Source: Fidelibacterota bacterium MT.SAG.2 (lineage in GTDB: Bacteria > Fidelibacterota > SORT01). Taken from it: 64,000 nt of DNA. The notes under the pieces were generated by a model. It was not told where the DNA came from and searched no databases. It saw only the letters and a list, made by a program, of their open reading frames with translations. A program made the position numbers and the translations under genes. This document shows positions 1 through 9,070 of the stretch, in pieces; positions within the stretch are counted from its first letter, which is position 1; every line of letters begins with the position of its first letter. The stretch lies in the NCBI GenBank assembly GCA_004402915.1, contig SORU01000004.1:11525-75524 (forward strand), written 5' to 3'.

Positions 1-68
1 GCAATTTTATCCTTGCTCATCAGTAGAGCTCCGATGATGTTTATCATTAGTTTATCTATTGGCTTCAT
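1..68 (-). CDS. 5' end (22 codons, MKPIDKLMINIIGALLMSKDKI) of an unidentified gene that runs off the window
   Basis: ATG at complement 66-68. GGAGG (complement of 74-78) lies 5 nt upstream. The frame stays open to the window edge. Confidence 0.35.
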   Translation of the reverse strand, partial: MKPIDKLMINIIGALLMSKDKI

Positions 69-205
69 TTCTACCTCCTATATGATTATTATCGGGCAGC
101 AAATGAAAAGTCTTAATATTTATCACTTAATCAAAATCTCCACCTTGCGAATGAATAAAATAACGGATAAATTGCAGACATTGGAAAATTGATAAAAGAA
201 AATAA

Positions 206-856
206 TTGAAATTCAGACACTCATATTATTCTTTGCTGCTGGTTGCGGGATTGTTATACAGTAAGGAAATCTATTCTCAAAAACCTGAAGGAGTAAAGGC
301 TTTTGCAGTCAAACCTATGGTCGAAGTGTATGAGGAAACTTTTAGGGGCTTTGATGTAGTGGCAGAGCTGCAATACGGCGAAGAGGTAAGAATACTCGGC
401 GAAAAAAGAGAGTGGGCATATATTCTTTATGCGCAGAAATATAAAGGATGGTCGAAGCTGGAAAATTTCGTCCTGACAGCTCCTCCTGAGATAGTCGATC
501 TGTATACTCAAGCATTTTCCAGTCACTCGAAGTGGTTTCCGTCTCCCTACGGGGTGATAGGGTGGAGGGAAGCAAGATTGAAAGTCGGGAAAAATTTGAC
601 AGTTGAGGGAAATATCGAAAGAGTAGTGGTAACGCCCAAGTTTTATTACTTATATATGGACCCGATGGGTGAGAAATTTCGAGCGGTTATTTCAGTGAAG
701 GATGCAGACGAATTTCCATATCCCCTGGATAATTTTTTTCTTTACAGAGAGGTAAGAGTCAGCGGATTATTGAAATACACGTTACACGGAGCGGAAATGG
801 TATTATTGTACCCTAATCAAATCCAAAGAGCATATAGCTCAGCCCCTGAAGAATGA
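206..856 (+). CDS. hypothetical secreted protein (signal-like N-terminus, SH3b-like segment)
   Basis: 216-codon TTG-start ORF. Hydrophobic N-terminus YYSLLLVAGLLYS. EVRILGEKREWAYILY..KGWSK resembles bacterial SH3. No family assigned with certainty. Confidence 0.55.
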   Translation: MKFRHSYYSLLLVAGLLYSKEIYSQKPEGVKAFAVKPMVEVYEETFRGFDVVAELQYGEEVRILGEKREWAYILYAQKYKGWSKLENFVLTAPPEIVDLYTQAFSSHSKWFPSPYGVIGWREARLKVGKNLTVEGNIERVVVTPKFYYLYMDPMGEKFRAVISVKDADEFPYPLDNFFLYREVRVSGLLKYTLHGAEMVLLYPNQIQRAYSSAPEE

Positions 857-863
857 AGCTAAA

Positions 864-1031
864 ATGAACACTGACGCAGTTCACATAAACCGTGCTTTGG
901 TCAATCTACCAAAAAACGAATATTATCTGTCAGAGAAATATACGTTAGAATATCTGATCGCACTTGTTACAGGATGTCTTGAAACTCCCGCTAAAGAGAG
1001 TGGATGCGACCACAGCTGCGGAGCGCACTAA
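864..1031 (+). CDS. possible small ORF (55 aa, MNTDAVHINRALVNLPKNEYY...CDHSCGAH)
   Basis: ATG ORF filling the 857-1046 gap, below the ORF-track cutoff. No clear RBS or family. Confidence 0.2.
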   Translation: MNTDAVHINRALVNLPKNEYYLSEKYTLEYLIALVTGCLETPAKESGCDHSCGAH

Positions 1032-1046
1032 ACCCATGTTACTATT

Positions 1047-1535
1047 TTGAGCGGTCAGCTGTTTTTAGCTCTTTCATTGGGCCTGATAGGGTATCTAAGC
1101 AGGTATTATTTAGAAAAAGATACGATTCAGTATAAACTTTTATCTTGGATATCCGTATTACTTATGACAGTTGGAGTTGTATATCTCTTATTAGATGGGA
1201 TCATGGGTGGAGTAATTGCCTTTTCAACTGTCCTGCTAATAATTTTATTGGCAAAAGGGCTTGAATCGGATAAGAGATTCCTGAAGAAGATATATTCTCA
1301 GATCGATGAATATAGGAGTCTCAATCCTGAAATTAACGATACGGAAATCATGAACAAGATCATTAAATCGAATTTTCCAAAAATTAAACAGCCGGTTATT
1401 GATGAAATTACAAGTGATAGCGAAGACCTCGAAGAGATGATTTATAAGGCTGTCGAATATGATCAATCCGGTAAGATAAAAAAACCATATCCTCCTGAAA
1501 ATTTGGATGATTTAGACGACTTAGAGGATTTCTAA
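1047..1535 (+). CDS. hypothetical membrane protein with acidic C-terminal tail
   Basis: TTG-start ORF. Three hydrophobic helices in the first 70 aa. C-terminus ENLDDLDDLEDF. Confidence 0.5.
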   Translation: MSGQLFLALSLGLIGYLSRYYLEKDTIQYKLLSWISVLLMTVGVVYLLLDGIMGGVIAFSTVLLIILLAKGLESDKRFLKKIYSQIDEYRSLNPEINDTEIMNKIIKSNFPKIKQPVIDEITSDSEDLEEMIYKAVEYDQSGKIKKPYPPENLDDLDDLEDF

Positions 1536-1539
1536 GCGG

Positions 1540-2757
1540 ATGTTCCATCTTATTCTGTTCGTCATATTCCCATTCGCTTTGCTGGGTTTGCAATGGGTGC
1601 TTTATTCCAAAAGCGTGAAATTTATCCAGGAACTCGAATTAGAGGTCGATATTGAGAAAAATCTCATTTATTTCATCAGAGCCGTATTTATATACTTCTT
1701 GGCGGCAGCTTTGGCGACCCTGATCTTAAGATTTGATTCGGGTGGGAGTGCAATTTATAAATATACAATTTTCTATCCACTGATCGTATGGGTGATCTCA
1801 TCATTCGTGATTTCACTTTTCTTCATATTCAGAGATTCAGTGTTGGTTCTGACAAAAACTTTCTCGCGAATAATCAATATTCAAAAAGATCCAACGCCTA
1901 AAGTGGACCTGGTCGAGAGAAGAAAATTTCTGAAGGCAGGCTCATTGACGTCTTTTGGAATCGTTGCTCTGCCGCTAACAACTTTCAGTTATGCGGCGAT
2001 AGCGGCAAAGAGTGAACCGATGATAGAGCATGTCAATATAAAATTGAACTCTTTACCGGATTCCCTGAACGGTTTAAGGATAGTACAAATAAGTGACATA
2101 CATACGAATCAATTTATCGGGCAAAAAGATGTGGAGAGGGTTACTGAACTTGTGAACAGGGAAGAACCTGATATTGTGCTGATTACAGGTGATTTCGTCT
2201 CGAATTCACCAAAGTATATTCCTAATTGCGCAGCCGGTTTAAGAAATATCAGCGCTAAGTACGGTTTGTTCGGCTGCCTTGGAAACCATGATTACTATAC
2301 AAACGCTGCAGAAGTAAGGAATCAGATGGAGGGGATAGGGATCAATCTGCTCGTAAATTCATCCGAGAAATTGGAGATCAACGGTGCACTACTTTCTATT
2401 GCCGGGATAGATGATCTGTGGGTAGGTAAGCCTGATTATGATGCCGCACTTCGAGATACAGATCTGTCATCCTTGGTAATTTTAATGTCTCATAATCCCG
2501 ATGCCTTTCCCTCCATAGCAAGACACAATGTTAGTTTAACGCTTTCGGGACACACGCACGGCGGGCAAATTGGACTAAGGCTACTCGGAAATCATTATAG
2601 TTTTGTTAACCTTGTTACGCCATATGTTATGGGTGAATTTTCTATGGGTAAATCCAAACTTTACGTTAACAGAGGGATCGGGACGGTAGGTCCACCCCTT
2701 CGATTGAACTCGCCTCCTGAAATAAGTGTCATTACTCTTTCTAACCGGGATAACTGA
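1540..2757 (+). CDS. membrane-anchored metallophosphoesterase (calcineurin-like, YkuE/YaeI type)
   Basis: Motifs QISDIH, GDFVSN, GNHDYY, SHNPD and GHTHGGQ occur in canonical order. The N-terminus has about 4 TM helices followed by the Tat-like ERRKFLKAG. Confidence 0.85.
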   Translation: MFHLILFVIFPFALLGLQWVLYSKSVKFIQELELEVDIEKNLIYFIRAVFIYFLAAALATLILRFDSGGSAIYKYTIFYPLIVWVISSFVISLFFIFRDSVLVLTKTFSRIINIQKDPTPKVDLVERRKFLKAGSLTSFGIVALPLTTFSYAAIAAKSEPMIEHVNIKLNSLPDSLNGLRIVQISDIHTNQFIGQKDVERVTELVNREEPDIVLITGDFVSNSPKYIPNCAAGLRNISAKYGLFGCLGNHDYYTNAAEVRNQMEGIGINLLVNSSEKLEINGALLSIAGIDDLWVGKPDYDAALRDTDLSSLVILMSHNPDAFPSIARHNVSLTLSGHTHGGQIGLRLLGNHYSFVNLVTPYVMGEFSMGKSKLYVNRGIGTVGPPLRLNSPPEISVITLSNRDN

Positions 2758-2927
2758 TATTTTTAATATCGTTATGACTATTTAAAGCATCACTCCTTTT
2801 AATTAACGGTCGTGAGAAAAGCGATTAAAGTTGACTATCGGATGTCGAATGCTTTAAATTCAGTTCTAAAGAAATTTCGGTAATATGATAATTGAAATTA
2901 AACATAGATGTTAAGGAGTGTTGACGT

Positions 2928-3365
2928 ATGGGCTTTATAGGCGATTGGATTATATTTTCCTTTAAGATTCTTGTATCCGGTTTGCTAAGTGGTTCTATAG
3001 GGTGGCAGTTATCGAATAAAGTGTCTGGTATTGACTTGCGTGCGTATGTCATAACCGGAATACTATCAACGATGCTTGTGGTTTCTGCTCAACATTCTGA
3101 TAAGAGCTCTCAAGATATTATGCTGGGATTTGTAATAGGCGGAATCCTTGTCGCTGTTGCTTTGATTTCTACAAAATTAAGTAGCGGTTCAGGAACCGGG
3201 TCGGGAATATTCACAGGGATAAAGCTCATCTACTCCGCATCATTAGGTATTATGGTGGGAGCTGGCAGGATAGTCGAAGCAATAATTGCCGCACTTGTTG
3301 TTTACATAGTTCTAAACCATTTGGATATCGGTAGAAATTCGTCTAAGGACGATATTGATTCATAA
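2928..3365 (+). CDS. small integral membrane protein, divergent MgtC/SapB-like
   Basis: LLSGSIGWQLSNKVSGIDLRAYVITGILSTML and GIKLIYSASLGIMVGAGRIVEAIIAAL loosely follow the MgtC domain pattern. Weak call. Confidence 0.45.
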   Translation: MGFIGDWIIFSFKILVSGLLSGSIGWQLSNKVSGIDLRAYVITGILSTMLVVSAQHSDKSSQDIMLGFVIGGILVAVALISTKLSSGSGTGSGIFTGIKLIYSASLGIMVGAGRIVEAIIAALVVYIVLNHLDIGRNSSKDDIDS

Positions 3366-3406
3366 ACAAGCGGGCCTAAAGAGGTCTTAACTACCAGGAG
3401 TAGCTT

Positions 3407-3781
3407 ATGAAACTTAATATTTCAAAGAAAAGAGTAAAAAGTCTTTTAAGAGAGACGGAGTTTTTTGAAGTCGTAGTTGATTTTGATCTCAGTTCAGATG
3501 AGTCTTTATTCCCAAAATACTTCGACGAAGATTTTCTTATTTCTTTAAATGTAGATGGAGCTCGAGAAAGAGGACACACTCTCACGGCAAGTCGACCTGT
3601 TACAAAGTTGAAGATCAATCTTAAATCATCTGAGTCTATTGATCTGTTGTTTGCGCATGAATCGGATGCGAATATGTTCATCGAGAGGTTAAAAGAGCAA
3701 TCAAAGAAGGTTATGGAGATATTACGGAGTAAAGCCGAAGAACCTTCCGATTTTGATGATGAATTCACTACAGAAGTTTAA
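3407..3781 (+). CDS. hypothetical protein
   Basis: ATG preceded by AGGAG 7 nt upstream. The composition looks protein-like, unlike the mirror ORF on the minus strand. Confidence 0.5.
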   Translation: MKLNISKKRVKSLLRETEFFEVVVDFDLSSDESLFPKYFDEDFLISLNVDGARERGHTLTASRPVTKLKINLKSSESIDLLFAHESDANMFIERLKEQSKKVMEILRSKAEEPSDFDDEFTTEV

Positions 3782-3828
3782 CTGTTTGCCGTTTCTTATA
3801 ACTGAATAGATTCGCCAGGAGTTATAAA

Positions 3829-4413
3829 TTGAAAACATTCCAAAGGATTATAGCTCAAATAAGCCTGCTTGCTATTATAATCTTTTATATAACGTCTATT
3901 GAATCTTATGCATTTGACCCTCCCGATGAATATAGTCACCAATTCATCGGTGTCGCAAAGTGTAAGATGTGCCATAAGAAAGAGAAGAAAGGGTTTCAGT
4001 ACGAGATTTGGCGAGAGAGCGCCCACTCGAGAGCCTATGAAACACTCGCTACTCCCGACGCAAAAGAATTGGGCAAAAAATATGGCGTGATTGACCCTCA
4101 AATAGATTCAAAATGTCTTCGCTGCCACACCACAGGTCACGATGCTCCTTCTGAATTTAAAGGAAGAAAATTTGACATCAGTGAAGGTGTGGGATGTGAA
4201 TCATGTCATGGAGCAGGGGGAGATTATTATAAATCTAAAGTCATGAAGGGAATACGCAGCGGGAGGATAAATCGTGAAAGGTACGGATTAATTATACCGA
4301 ATGAGGACACTTGTAAAGGATGTCATAACGCAAACGCTCATATGCCGGTGAAAGAGGAGTTTAATTTTAAAATAATGTGGGCGAAGATAGCTCATCCTAT
4401 CCCTGAAGGATAA
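3829..4413 (+). CDS. periplasmic tetrahaem cytochrome c (cytochrome c554-like family)
   Basis: Signal/TM N-terminus. Four CxxCH motifs: CKMCH, CLRCH, CESCH and CKGCH. GVGCESCHGAG is typical of c554-type multihaem domains. TTG start with AGGAG upstream. Confidence 0.85.
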   Translation: MKTFQRIIAQISLLAIIIFYITSIESYAFDPPDEYSHQFIGVAKCKMCHKKEKKGFQYEIWRESAHSRAYETLATPDAKELGKKYGVIDPQIDSKCLRCHTTGHDAPSEFKGRKFDISEGVGCESCHGAGGDYYKSKVMKGIRSGRINRERYGLIIPNEDTCKGCHNANAHMPVKEEFNFKIMWAKIAHPIPEG

Positions 4414-4418
4414 TCCAT

Positions 4419-5675
4419 TTGAGCCATATCGGTAAATTATTACCTTTTTTACTTTTGATTGTTGGTGTTACCATTACCTATGCTCAGGTTCCGGAAAACG
4501 ATAACCGGTGTTTGGATTGCCACTCGAATTCTACGCAGTTGGCAGCTCTGACAGAGCAACCCGAGCGATTTCATATACCATCCGATTTTAAGGATCAATC
4601 AGTACACAATGAGATAAACTGCATCGGTTGTCACGCTGATCCGGGTGGTTATCCGCATCCGGAAGTACTCGGTCTTCTTCAGTGCGGCAATTGTCATAAA
4701 AACGAATCAGAGGATTATCTCAGCGGGCCACATGGAAATCCCCTAACTGTTTCCTTGGAATTAGCTCCGAAATGCGGGGATTGCCACAATGTACATCTGA
4801 TAAGAAAGTCTTCAAACGTACTGTCAAAGGTTCACGTAAAAAACGAAGCTAAAACATGTACACAGTGCCATGAAATTAAAGATCAGAAAAGAAATATATT
4901 AAATATCACAAACAGGGTTGATTATGATATTCCGAATAGAACTATAAAAAAGGGGATACATTTTTTTAATTCAAAAATTTCTGATAACTCAAATCTGCTG
5001 ACTTGCAGCAGATGCCATGGAGTTCATTCTTTAAGTGAAAAGATCGGGAAAAATTGGCTAAACGATTATTTGATAGAGGCGGATTTCTGTGGCGAATGCC
5101 ATACAAGCGAAACAATTTCGTTCAAGGGAAACTTGCATTTCTCTCAAAAGATATCTTCTCTGAACGGTAATATAAGTCTGACATGCACCGATTGTCACCA
5201 AGAACATCTTATAAGCAACGATAAATATCAATACAACGAGGAAAAGTCGGCAGGGCAAATGACCGGTAAGTGTCTTGAATGTCACCAGTCGGTTAGAATA
5301 TCCGGTAAGTTCGCGCAAGTTGCGAAGGGACATTCTCCGAATATAGATTCTTTTCATGGCGCATCAAGCATTGGAGGAGATCTATTTTTCAGTGATTGCT
5401 CTTCGTGTCATGGTATACACGAATTGAATAGCTATACCGGTAGAGATAAGGAAGAGGTAAAATTAGATATAATCGCGAAATGCGGAACATGTCATCCAAA
5501 TGCAGCGGCTAATTTTGTATCTTCTCCGGTACACATGGCGCAGGGAGAATTGTTGGACAGCGAAGAATCAATCGCGCGATATATCTTTTTAGCATTGATT
5601 GTTACGATGATCAGCCTGATCGTTCTATCCATAATCGGTGATTTTTACAAATTATATTTGAGGAAGAAGAATTGA
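4419..5675 (+). CDS. undecahaem cytochrome c with C-terminal membrane anchor
   Basis: Eleven CxxCH motifs: CLDCH, CIGCH, CGNCH, CGDCH, CTQCH, CSRCH, CGECH, CTDCH, CLECH, CSSCH and CGTCH. N-terminal signal. C-terminal TM helix IFLALIVTMISLIVLSIIG. It starts 5 nt after the preceding stop. Confidence 0.85.
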   Translation: MSHIGKLLPFLLLIVGVTITYAQVPENDNRCLDCHSNSTQLAALTEQPERFHIPSDFKDQSVHNEINCIGCHADPGGYPHPEVLGLLQCGNCHKNESEDYLSGPHGNPLTVSLELAPKCGDCHNVHLIRKSSNVLSKVHVKNEAKTCTQCHEIKDQKRNILNITNRVDYDIPNRTIKKGIHFFNSKISDNSNLLTCSRCHGVHSLSEKIGKNWLNDYLIEADFCGECHTSETISFKGNLHFSQKISSLNGNISLTCTDCHQEHLISNDKYQYNEEKSAGQMTGKCLECHQSVRISGKFAQVAKGHSPNIDSFHGASSIGGDLFFSDCSSCHGIHELNSYTGRDKEEVKLDIIAKCGTCHPNAAANFVSSPVHMAQGELLDSEESIARYIFLALIVTMISLIVLSIIGDFYKLYLRKKN

Positions 5676-6361
5676 GCAGCGAAACGCCTAAACGGTATAT
5701 CAGATTTCAGAAACCGGTAGTCATACAACATTACATTCTGATGTTATCGGTGTTAGGATTGATGTTCAGTGGATATATGTTATACTCTATAAAGTCGGCG
5801 GAAACCGGATTTGATCCGACCGACTACTTTTCTTATTCTTTATGGGAGCAGATCCATATATGGTTCGGAATTCTTTTGGGGCTCACGATCTTATGGCATT
5901 TTCTGTATATTCTATTTACACTTTACGGTCATAGCGATTTCTTACATATCTTGCCAAATAAGAGTGATCTGAAATCATTGATCGGTCTCGGTTTTAGGAA
6001 GAGCGTGATTAAAAAAAGACGCTTCGGGCTTCAGGAGAAACTGACTTACTGGATTATCGGAGTCTATTTGATATTGATGGTGATTACAGGGTTGCTGCAA
6101 TACGCTAATGTATATACGGTGAATTATATTTCACGATCTTTATATATCTATATTGACGGATTTCATGGAATGTATGGATTACTGATGGGGATTATTCTCA
6201 CGGTTTGGCACCTTTATTCTATCTTTTTAAAACCGGGAAGATTTCCCGGAACCCTCTCTTGGTGGGACGGGAAGATAAGTAGCGAAGAGATGAACAGATA
6301 CCAGGAAGCAAGGGGAGAAATAACGGATGAATCCGATACAGGCACGGGGAATCCGGGCTAA
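5672..6361 (+). CDS. b-type cytochrome membrane subunit (Ni/Fe-hydrogenase / formate dehydrogenase gamma-like, 4 TM)
   Basis: N-terminal IRFQKPVVIQHYILMLSVLGLMFSGY fits the RF..R..HW...TG pattern of PF01292-type proteins. Histidines are conserved in the TM helices. Its TTG start overlaps the upstream stop (TTGA). Confidence 0.65.
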   Translation: MSSETPKRYIRFQKPVVIQHYILMLSVLGLMFSGYMLYSIKSAETGFDPTDYFSYSLWEQIHIWFGILLGLTILWHFLYILFTLYGHSDFLHILPNKSDLKSLIGLGFRKSVIKKRRFGLQEKLTYWIIGVYLILMVITGLLQYANVYTVNYISRSLYIYIDGFHGMYGLLMGIILTVWHLYSIFLKPGRFPGTLSWWDGKISSEEMNRYQEARGEITDESDTGTGNPG

Positions 6362-6787
6362 GTTAGTTATTGTTTAAGTATAATACGCAAATCTAAAGAG
6401 TATTATGATTTGCTTGATGTCCGTTCATCTAATAAGGTAATTAAAGAAAATCTCTGAGAATTCCCTTGAAAATTACCGCTCTGAGCTGGAACCTATACAA
6501 GTCTTATATACTTGCATTGTTCAAACATATTTAGGGGAGTGTGTATTAGCTGAAAAACACACACGGCGAAGCTTTCTTAATTTATTGCCTGGAGGAAGAG
6601 AAAATTTAAATTTTAATCCACTGTCAATATTTACTTGATTAAGGAAAGAAGCGAGCTTAATATATACGAAAGATTAACCGGATTTAATTGTAACTTTTTT
6701 TAATTAGCATTGAGCATTAAATTTAGTAGCTACACCAAGAAATTAGCTGGAAGACTAATTTATAAATTATACTTACGGAGGTGAATT

Positions 6788-7414
6788 ATGCATAAGGGCT
6801 TAATTCTACTAATGATATTACTACTATCAGTAATGCTTGTAGTATCGTGCGGAAGAAAAGGCAAAGATATATCTGAAATGGGTGCGGAAGAAGCGCCGGC
6901 AGCTGAGGAAGCTGTGTCAGATGCCGATGATATGGCTGAAATGGCGGCAATGCCGGGAGCTGATGCCGGCGAATTATGGAATTTCATCACAGAAACCAGT
7001 CCATATACAGAATGGTCATATTGGCCGGATTATGAGGGTTATCAACCCGGTAAATCCCCACATGGAGCTATTTTGCGAGTATTCGTCGACGAACATGGCA
7101 TGGCGAATATTGCCGATGATATGAAATCTTCTATGGATAACGGCGTAGTCATTGTCAAAGAAAATTTTATGCCGGATACAACATTGGCAGCACTTACGGT
7201 TATGTATAAAGTAGAAGGTTTCAACCCTGAAGTCGGAGATTGGTTCTGGGCAAAATATAGTCCGGACGGAACTGTAGCAGCTTCAGGAACACCGGCGGGA
7301 TGTATCGGCTGTCATGGTGGAGTGGCAAGCAACGATTACTTATTTACGGGTAACGTTGGCGGTGACGTGGAAGAAGAGCATGAACATGATGATGACGAGA
7401 AGTACGAGGATTAA
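6788..7414 (+). CDS. cytochrome P460-family lipoprotein (single c-type haem)
   Basis: Lipobox VVSC. SPHGAILRVFVDEHG...VVIVKENF...GDWFWAKYSPDG...CIGCHGG matches the P460 domain layout, with a single C-terminal CxxCH. Acidic His-rich tail EEEHEHDDDEKYED. RBS GGAGG. Confidence 0.7.
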   Translation: MHKGLILLMILLLSVMLVVSCGRKGKDISEMGAEEAPAAEEAVSDADDMAEMAAMPGADAGELWNFITETSPYTEWSYWPDYEGYQPGKSPHGAILRVFVDEHGMANIADDMKSSMDNGVVIVKENFMPDTTLAALTVMYKVEGFNPEVGDWFWAKYSPDGTVAASGTPAGCIGCHGGVASNDYLFTGNVGGDVEEEHEHDDDEKYED

Positions 7415-7471
7415 GATATCGAATCTTGAGAATTTAAGTTTCATCACTGCTTAAGGCACATTATGATTATA

Positions 7472-7506
7472 GCGGGAAGGATTTTTAGTCTTCCCGCTTT
7501 TTTTTG
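7472..7506 (+). terminator. rho-independent terminator after the P460-like gene
   Basis: GCGGGAAG-N10-CTTCCCGC hairpin followed by a T9 run. Confidence 0.75.
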
Positions 7507-7571
7507 GTTCTTAATCCAACCACGAAATATTAACGAGAATAAATCGATATATGCTTAAGGAATAGTTCTGA

Positions 7572-8630
7572 ATGGATCCGATCACAAATGCAATATTAGG
7601 AATATCATTTTTAGTATTAGGAATTGCCGGTACGGTATTAATGTATTGGCTTTGGGGATTTCCATACGATCACGAAAAATTTAAATCCGATGCGCCGCGG
7701 CATCTTCTATTAATCCACAGGTCTATAGGCTATCTGTATGTGATTGTATATTTATTGCTAATGTGGCAAATGGTACCCCGGTTATGGTCTTACCAGATAG
7801 AATTTCCTGCAAGAACGGTTATACATCTTTCATTGGGAATTCTAATCGGAGGCATTCTCTTCCTAAAAGTGCTGGTAGTCCGGTTTTTTAAGCACTTGGA
7901 ATCAAGATTTGCACCATTTTTCGGCACAATATTGATGCTTTCGACTCTTCTCCTCGTAGGTCTATCAGTTCCAATGGCATTCAAGGAATATCAATTGAGG
8001 AGAAATGTCGCCGGTGGCGATGTGTTTAGCGAGGAGAACATTCTTCGAATAAAAAGAATAGTTCCTGAAGCAAGGTTTGGGATTGAGGTTCCTTTGGATC
8101 AAATAACTACTAAGGAATCGTTGATGAAGGGCAGGGCAGTACTCCTGAATAAATGCGTTCAATGCCATGACCTGCGAACAGTATTGTTAAAACCACGCAC
8201 ACCCTCAAATTGGGTGAATATAGTAAGCCGTATGTCCGAAAGAACAGTCGCTGAACCAATATATGAAGAGGAACAATGGTGGGTGACAGCATATCTGATA
8301 GCTCTCTCGCCGGAATTAGAGAAGGGAGTAAGAGCAAAGAAAGAGAACGAAAAAATCTTACATATAGAAAAGATTGATTCGGAGAATAACGCAGGAATCA
8401 AATTGCCCAATAAAATAAGGCAACAAAATTATAGTATTAGTGAAGCAAAATCTCTTTTTGAGCTCAAATGTTCCGCATGTCATTATTTAAGCAACATTGA
8501 GAATAATCCTCCGGGAACAGATGCAGAAGTGCAGTCGTTGCTAACTCGAATGATAGGTAACGGTTTGGACATCTCCGACTCAGAACTGACTCAAATAGCG
8601 TTCTACCTATCGGAAACGTATACCAGATAA
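7572..8630 (+). CDS. membrane-anchored dihaem cytochrome c (4-TM His-containing N-domain plus two c-type domains)
   Basis: Four N-terminal TM helices carry conserved His/Arg (LLLIHRSIGY, VIHLSLG, FFKHLE). Two CxxCH motifs (CVQCH, CSACH) lie in the C-terminal half. Confidence 0.7.
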   Translation: MDPITNAILGISFLVLGIAGTVLMYWLWGFPYDHEKFKSDAPRHLLLIHRSIGYLYVIVYLLLMWQMVPRLWSYQIEFPARTVIHLSLGILIGGILFLKVLVVRFFKHLESRFAPFFGTILMLSTLLLVGLSVPMAFKEYQLRRNVAGGDVFSEENILRIKRIVPEARFGIEVPLDQITTKESLMKGRAVLLNKCVQCHDLRTVLLKPRTPSNWVNIVSRMSERTVAEPIYEEEQWWVTAYLIALSPELEKGVRAKKENEKILHIEKIDSENNAGIKLPNKIRQQNYSISEAKSLFELKCSACHYLSNIENNPPGTDAEVQSLLTRMIGNGLDISDSELTQIAFYLSETYTR

Positions 8631-8786
8631 GCATTTAGTTAGTCCTGTTATACAATATCTATGCAGTATAAGAATTATAGCCCAATCTGTAAATGATTAT
8701 AATTATTAAACTTTCTTGCTATTTTGGTCGATAAAGTGATTATATTGTGATGCAGGTCACATTATTAACCAAAAAGGAGAAACAAA

Positions 8787-9017
8787 ATGGAATTCAACGA
8801 TCAGTTGGAAAGAGCCGAATGGGAAAAAGATGAAATTATCGAATGGACTATAAACCTTCAAAAAGATATACATGATATATTAAAAAATATAGATGAATCA
8901 TCCTACGAAGGGCTGCCTGATGAGAAAAGTATAACATTTGTTAACGCAGAGGGGGAAATATCCATTAGTAACAGCGAATCTTATATTGATGAGTCAGGAA
9001 ATCTTATACTGAGTTAA
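8787..9017 (+). CDS. small acidic hypothetical protein
   Basis: 76-codon ATG ORF with AAGGAG RBS 8 nt upstream. No family recognised. Confidence 0.5.
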   Translation: MEFNDQLERAEWEKDEIIEWTINLQKDIHDILKNIDESSYEGLPDEKSITFVNAEGEISISNSESYIDESGNLILS

Positions 9018-9070
9018 CGGTTGTAAATAATTTTGTATAGATTTCAAACTATGGTAAGGTGAAGGTTACC

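Noticed and set aside
2758-2927. Possible Mg2+ (M-box) riboswitch upstream of the MgtC-like gene
   Set aside because: I could not find the conserved M-box core sequences. The region is AT-rich with no convincing multi-helix structure, and the MgtC assignment is itself weak.
3391-3768. 125-aa minus-strand mirror ORF of 3407-3781
   Set aside because: The plus-strand ORF has an AGGAG RBS and a balanced composition. The minus-strand translation is Ser-rich, low-complexity and lacks an RBS.
6362-6787. 425-nt ORF-free spacer in the cytochrome cluster as a possible sRNA or riboswitch
   Set aside because: It has only short hairpins (for example GTGTGT-N14-ACACAC at 6539-6564) and no recognisable RNA-family signature. 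It is most simply a promoter/leader region for the P460-like gene, and is mentioned under the cytochrome finding.
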